The notes beneath the pieces are model-generated. The model saw nothing but the letters and a program-made list of their open reading frames with translations, did no database searches and was not told where the DNA came from. Both the position numbers and the translations under genes were made by a program. A stretch of 32,000 bases of DNA, taken from the NCBI RefSeq assembly GCF_002803295.2, contig NZ_PGGB02000003.1:30210-62209 (forward strand). Direction: 5' to 3'. The stretch's first letter is position 1. Every line of letters starts with the position of its first letter. Below, one piece after another: positions 27,636-32,000 of the stretch. Source of the stretch: Caedibacter taeniospiralis. GTDB lineage: Bacteria > Pseudomonadota > Gammaproteobacteria > Francisellales > Francisellaceae.

Positions 27636-29651
27636 TTATAAACTTTCAACGACATTTTTAGCTAAAAGTGACTTAGCTTTAGCGACCGCATTTTGCGCGG
27701 TCAAACCAAATGCTTCATACAATTTCTCTATAGGTGCCGATTCACCAAAATGGTTTAAGCCAATTACAGCCCCCCCCGCTTTTGGCAGTAAACGATACCA
27801 TAAATCCCCTTGTGCAGCTTCCATTACAAGTGCTGGGATATTATCTTTAATCACTGCTTGTTGGTACGCATCATCTTGCGCCATAAACTTCTCAACGCAT
27901 GGCATTGAAACCACATTTACACTAACACCTTCCTGAGTCAAAAGAGTAGCCGCATCGCACAGGATGCTAAGCTCAGAACCAGTTGCAATCAAGGTAATTT
28001 CTGCGCACTGAGTTTCTTTGAGTAAATAACCACCTTTTTTAATCAACTCTATTTGTGTTTTGCTGGCAACAAGCGTGGGCAGGTTTTGCCGTGAAAGCGC
28101 CAACAATGAAGGAGTATATCGTTCTTCAATGGCACATTGCCAGGCAACTGCAGTTTCCACAACATCCGCTGGACGCCATACATTCAAATTAGGCATAACA
28201 CGCAAACTGGGAAGATGTTCAATCGGCTGGTGTGTTGGACCATCTTCACCTAGTCCAATTGAGTCATGGGTCATGACATAGACGACAGGCTGCTTCATAA
28301 TCGCACTCATGCGAATCGCATTTCGCGCATAATCACTAAACACCAGGAAGGTGCCACCATAAGGTCTAAAGCTACCATAGAGCGACATGCCATTCATCAT
28401 CGCAGCCATGCCAAATTCACGCACACCATACGATAGGTAATTGGCATGATTTTCATGATTATTTAACCATCTACTGCCTGACCAGTTCGTTAAGTTAGAT
28501 CCCGTCAAATCTGCCGAACCACCAAACATATCAGGTAAAAATTTACCTATTTCTTCCAAAGCCATTTGCGAGGCTTTACGCGTTGCCACGGTGGGTTTAT
28601 CTGCGAGTAATTTAGTGAAATAATCTTCGAGATGTTCTTTAAAATGTCGCGGCAACGCTTTGTTTAAACGCGAATTAAGTTCAGCATATTGAACGGGATA
28701 TGCCTGTTGATAGGCTTCAAATTTTTCATTCCAGTCTTTCTCACTGGCAACTCCTTTATCAATAGCACACCAATCCGCATAAATGTCCTTAGGGATTTCA
28801 AAGGGGGGATAATTCCAATTAAGTGCCTTACGCGTATTAGCAATTTCATCATCGCCCAACGGCGCACCATGGACACTATGGCTTCCTGCTTTATTGGGTG
28901 AACCTTGTCCAATCTTGGTCTTGCAACAAATAAGTGTTGGTTTTGATGTTTCTTGCTGTGCTTTGTGAATTGCCGCATCAATTGCGGCAAAATTGTGCCC
29001 TTCAACATGAGAAATCACCTGCCAGCCGTAGGCTTCATAGCGTTTTGCCACATCTTCAGTAAACCAGCCTTTAACATCGCCATCAATTGAAATGCTGTTA
29101 TCATCCCAAAACGCAATAAGCTTGCCAAGCTTCAGTGTTCCAGCTAAAGAGCTAACTTCATGTGAGATCCCTTCCATCAAACAGCCATCGCCCAAAAATA
29201 CATAAGTATGGTGATTAATAATTTCATACTGCGGCTTATTATAGGTATCGGCTAATAATTTCTCTGCCAATGCCATACCAACGGCATTAGCAAGCCCCTG
29301 CCCCAGTGGTCCTGTCGTTGTTTCAATGCCTGGCGCGTAGCCATACTCGGGATGACCTGCGGTTTTTGAATGAAATTGTCTGAAATTTTTCAAATCCTCA
29401 ATGGATAGCTCATAACCCGTTAAATGCAGTAAGGAATATAAAAGCATGGAGCCATGACCATTGGATAACACAAAACGATCACGATTAATCCAATGCGGGT
29501 TTTTGGGATTGTGTTTTAAATACTTACGCCATAAAACAGTCGCAATATCAGCCATTCCCATCGGCATGCCAGGGTGTCCTGATTTTGCTTTTTGTACCGC
29601 ATCCATAGATAAAAACCGAATCGCGTTTGCAAGGATTGCGTTTGAATTCAT
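27636..29651 (-). CDS. tkt: transketolase
   Basis: I use the ATG at 29651 ([28 protein letters not shown]), which is collinear with the E. coli TktA N-terminus as I recall it. Also GDGCLMEG. The 11 upstream codons in the ORF track are rejected. Confidence 0.95.
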   Translation of the reverse strand: MNSNAILANAIRFLSMDAVQKAKSGHPGMPMGMADIATVLWRKYLKHNPKNPHWINRDRFVLSNGHGSMLLYSLLHLTGYELSIEDLKNFRQFHSKTAGHPEYGYAPGIETTTGPLGQGLANAVGMALAEKLLADTYNKPQYEIINHHTYVFLGDGCLMEGISHEVSSLAGTLKLGKLIAFWDDNSISIDGDVKGWFTEDVAKRYEAYGWQVISHVEGHNFAAIDAAIHKAQQETSKPTLICCKTKIGQGSPNKAGSHSVHGAPLGDDEIANTRKALNWNYPPFEIPKDIYADWCAIDKGVASEKDWNEKFEAYQQAYPVQYAELNSRLNKALPRHFKEHLEDYFTKLLADKPTVATRKASQMALEEIGKFLPDMFGGSADLTGSNLTNWSGSRWLNNHENHANYLSYGVREFGMAAMMNGMSLYGSFRPYGGTFLVFSDYARNAIRMSAIMKQPVVYVMTHDSIGLGEDGPTHQPIEHLPSLRVMPNLNVWRPADVVETAVAWQCAIEERYTPSLLALSRQNLPTLVASKTQIELIKKGGYLLKETQCAEITLIATGSELSILCDAATLLTQEGVSVNVVSMPCVEKFMAQDDAYQQAVIKDNIPALVMEAAQGDLWYRLLPKAGGAVIGLNHFGESAPIEKLYEAFGLTAQNAVAKAKSLLAKNVVESL

Positions 29652-29898
29652 CTCTGTCCAAAATTTAGTAGTGTTCGCGGGCAAAAGTGTAACATAACTG
29701 TTTGCTAAATACAGTGCTGTTTAGTGGGCAATATTTAATTTTGACAAAAACACCAGGGTAAGTTGACTCTAAGCAAGAGCATCTCAATCTATGACCATTG
29801 AGCACGCCACAGCAGTGCTCTCATAACTAACTAAATGACGTTGTTTTAAACCACCATTTACCCTAAAATGCCGCCATACCTTTCCAGTAAAAACACCG

Positions 29899-31401
29899 AT
29901 GCTGCAAGTAGAAGATATTCAAAGCACTGAGCTTTTTTTGGCATACCTAAAAAGGCTTGATAATGCGCCCATGTTTGTTTACAAGAATAGCTATTACACC
30001 TACTTACAAATATACCAATACACCTTGTCTATTAGCCAGTGGTTGTCAGATAATCAGATTAATAAGCTGATGTTTTCCATTACGAACTCTCCACTTTCGG
30101 TGAGCTTATTTTTTGCGAGCTGGCACCATAAGATTGAGTGCATTCCTGTCAATCCTCGTTTTATCGCCAATGAGCTCCTGGGTTTAATTAAACGAGCGCA
30201 ACCTGATCGTGTTGTAGTTGAGCCACACCAGTTATCCGATGAGCTCACTCACTACTGCCAGCAAAACAACATTAAACTTCTTTCAGTAGAGGATCCAATT
30301 GCTTTTTTAGCACAGATTACAAAGCATCACAGCACTTTAAATGATGATTCCTGTGAGAAACAGCAGGAAGGTATTACGTATCACATAAGCTCTGGCACAA
30401 ATGGTCATTATAATTTCCATGGTCATACGACCTCTCAGATTTTACAATACGCCTATGCGCGTCAATTCGATTACGGTCTTAAAAGAGGTGATATTTCACT
30501 TATTCACCTTTCCTTTAATCATGCCTATGCCTTTTCTTATCAGTTGTTACCCAATATCGCTTTAGGTAATTGCATGGTGTTAGCTTCAGGCTTTGAAGCT
30601 AAATCTGCGCTTGAATACATTGAAAAATATAACATCACCGCACTGGCGTTATTGCCAACGATGTATTATCAGCTTTGCCAGGAACACATACCAAGTGGCA
30701 AACCACGACATAAACTCAGGCACTTGAGTGTGGCAGGTGATCAACCAACAGATGCACTGATGCGGCTCGTTAAAGAGACGTTCAACCTCCCCTTACTCAA
30801 CGGACTTGGCATGACAGAAGTCTATGGTTATGCACAGAATCTGGGCGAAGCCAAACCTTACAATAAAGTTAAACTGTTTAATGATGTTCAAGTAAACATT
30901 AAGCCTCTTTTCCATCATGAACTCAGCACGCTGGATCATCTTGATAACACTAAACAGCTCATTGGTGAGATCTATCTTAAGACACCCATGCAGCCTGTTT
31001 CCCATCAAGACCAGTGGCTTGCTACAGGCGATTATGGCTATGTGGATGACGAGCGCCATCTGTATTTTCTGGGACGCATTAAAGACATTATCGTTAAAGG
31101 TGGTTCAAAAATATCTCCTTTGGAGCTTGAGCATTATCTCTATCAAATTCCTGAGATTCAGCAAGTCGTGGTTATTGGCAAGAAAGACCCTATTTGGGGA
31201 GAAATTGTACGCGCGTGCATCGCACTTAAAACTAATACCTGCTTGCCCCTTGAAACAATTAATGCCTTCTTAACCCCCTATCTCTCAAGCTATAAACACA
31301 TTGATGAAGTTATCTTCTACGATAAACTACCTCTTAATATCAGCGGAAAAATCAACCGCTACCGTTTAAAGCGAGAACTACACAATGAACCATCTGCCTG
31401 A
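29899..31401 (+). CDS. adenylate-forming enzyme (acyl/aryl-CoA ligase superfamily) with an atypical A3 motif
   Basis: 500 aa. Motifs: NGLGMTEVYG (A5-like), ATGDYGY (A7), GRIKDIIVKGGSKISP (A8), GKINRYRLK (A10 Lys). The phosphate-binding loop reads SSGTNGHYNFHG rather than the canonical SSGTTGxPKG. Confidence 0.75.
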   Translation: MLQVEDIQSTELFLAYLKRLDNAPMFVYKNSYYTYLQIYQYTLSISQWLSDNQINKLMFSITNSPLSVSLFFASWHHKIECIPVNPRFIANELLGLIKRAQPDRVVVEPHQLSDELTHYCQQNNIKLLSVEDPIAFLAQITKHHSTLNDDSCEKQQEGITYHISSGTNGHYNFHGHTTSQILQYAYARQFDYGLKRGDISLIHLSFNHAYAFSYQLLPNIALGNCMVLASGFEAKSALEYIEKYNITALALLPTMYYQLCQEHIPSGKPRHKLRHLSVAGDQPTDALMRLVKETFNLPLLNGLGMTEVYGYAQNLGEAKPYNKVKLFNDVQVNIKPLFHHELSTLDHLDNTKQLIGEIYLKTPMQPVSHQDQWLATGDYGYVDDERHLYFLGRIKDIIVKGGSKISPLELEHYLYQIPEIQQVVVIGKKDPIWGEIVRACIALKTNTCLPLETINAFLTPYLSSYKHIDEVIFYDKLPLNISGKINRYRLKRELHNEPSA

Positions 31402-32000
31402 ATTTGCCTGCCTTGAAAACACTCTGGATAACGCTGAACCCAGCTATTACTTTAGTCAACCAAAAGAGAAAGTGCTGTGCATTAACCCTGATATGATTAA
31501 TGACGCACTCACGCGCCTTTGGTCGCTACAACAGCAAGGCTTATACCTTGTAGGCTTTGTGAGCTATGAAACCGCCTATTATGTAAACCCTGACTTTTTC
31601 TCCCTGCAAAACCATGAACCCATTACCCATGATTCAGGGACTCCACTGATCCATTTTATCGCCTTTGAAAAATGCTCAATACAGAAACCCTCGGTTGATA
31701 CAAATAAATCTACTATTTCTAAACCTGTCATTAACCTTATTTCTGATCCTCTGACCCAGGAACAATACGCTGCGGATTTTTCCGTGTTAAAACAGGCACT
31801 TATTGATGGTGAGAGTTACCAAATCAACTATACCAAACGCATTCAGCTGCGATCAGATCTTGATAGCCTATCCCTGTATAATGAACTCAAAAAACAACAA
31901 CCTGTAAGCTATAGCGCCTTTTTACCTTTTTCGCCCATGCAGGTGTTATCTTTCTCACCCGAGTTATTTTTCCATAAAAAAGGAGATTGCATTACCGTTA
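31385..32000 (+). CDS. pabB: aminodeoxychorismate/anthranilate synthase component I family, N-terminal part (runs off the right window edge)
   Basis: My own translation from the ATG at 31385 is open to the window end (205 codons): MNHLPEFACLEN...GLYLVGFVSYETAYY...DGESYQINYTKRIQL...SYSAFLPF...SFSPELFF. These are PabB/TrpE-like chorismate-binding hallmarks. It overlaps the upstream stop by 17 nt. It is absent from the ORF track because there is no stop in the window. Confidence 0.75.
   Translation, partial: MNHLPEFACLENTLDNAEPSYYFSQPKEKVLCINPDMINDALTRLWSLQQQGLYLVGFVSYETAYYVNPDFFSLQNHEPITHDSGTPLIHFIAFEKCSIQKPSVDTNKSTISKPVINLISDPLTQEQYAADFSVLKQALIDGESYQINYTKRIQLRSDLDSLSLYNELKKQQPVSYSAFLPFSPMQVLSFSPELFFHKKGDCITV

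Noticed and set aside
1-32000. CRISPR arrays, IS elements or transposases, rRNA or tRNA genes
   Set aside because: Reading both strands, I found no regularly spaced direct repeats, no DDE or serine/tyrosine recombinase-like ORFs, and no tRNA-like T-arm other than the tmRNA one. A computational scan (tRNAscan-SE, ISfinder, a CRISPR finder) would be needed to be certain.

Overview
This is a chromosomal segment from an AT-rich (by eye about 40% GC) gammaproteobacterium, with gene order and tmRNA tag reminiscent of Legionellales or Thiotrichales. All family assignments rest on motifs read directly from the ORF translations, because no searches could be run. Most of the window is core metabolism and maintenance. 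It holds a partial OmpR-type response regulator, zwf-pgl-pgi, ppa, a TauE/TSUP permease, kdsC-lptC-lptA, an aldehyde dehydrogenase, trhO, an MFS efflux pump and a BT1-like transporter. It also holds ssrA (tmRNA), the glycolytic block tkt-gap-pgk-pyk-fba, and an adenylate-forming enzyme overlapping a partial pabB. Three regions are not ordinary. (1) The main candidate for a novel system is a two-gene module, an SMC/RecF-like ABC ATPase (AAA_21/15 type, 359 aa) plus a DUF4276-like protein (212 aa). It sits between yebC and ruvC and is joined to ruvC-ruvA-tag by consecutive ATGA stop/start overlaps. The architecture resembles OLD, Gabija GajA, PARIS and AbiL (ATPase plus TOPRIM-like partner), but the ATPase+DUF4276 pairing has no defined function that I know of. 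(2) A plasmid-type parA-parB pair sits directly after lptA-DUF3301, where lptB-rpoN would be expected. It is tightly linked to a class I glutamine amidotransferase and a leaderless GDSL lipase. (3) A roughly 175-bp GC-rich nested palindromic element lies between the gap terminator and pgk. I found no CRISPR array, transposase, integrase, rRNA or tRNA gene.
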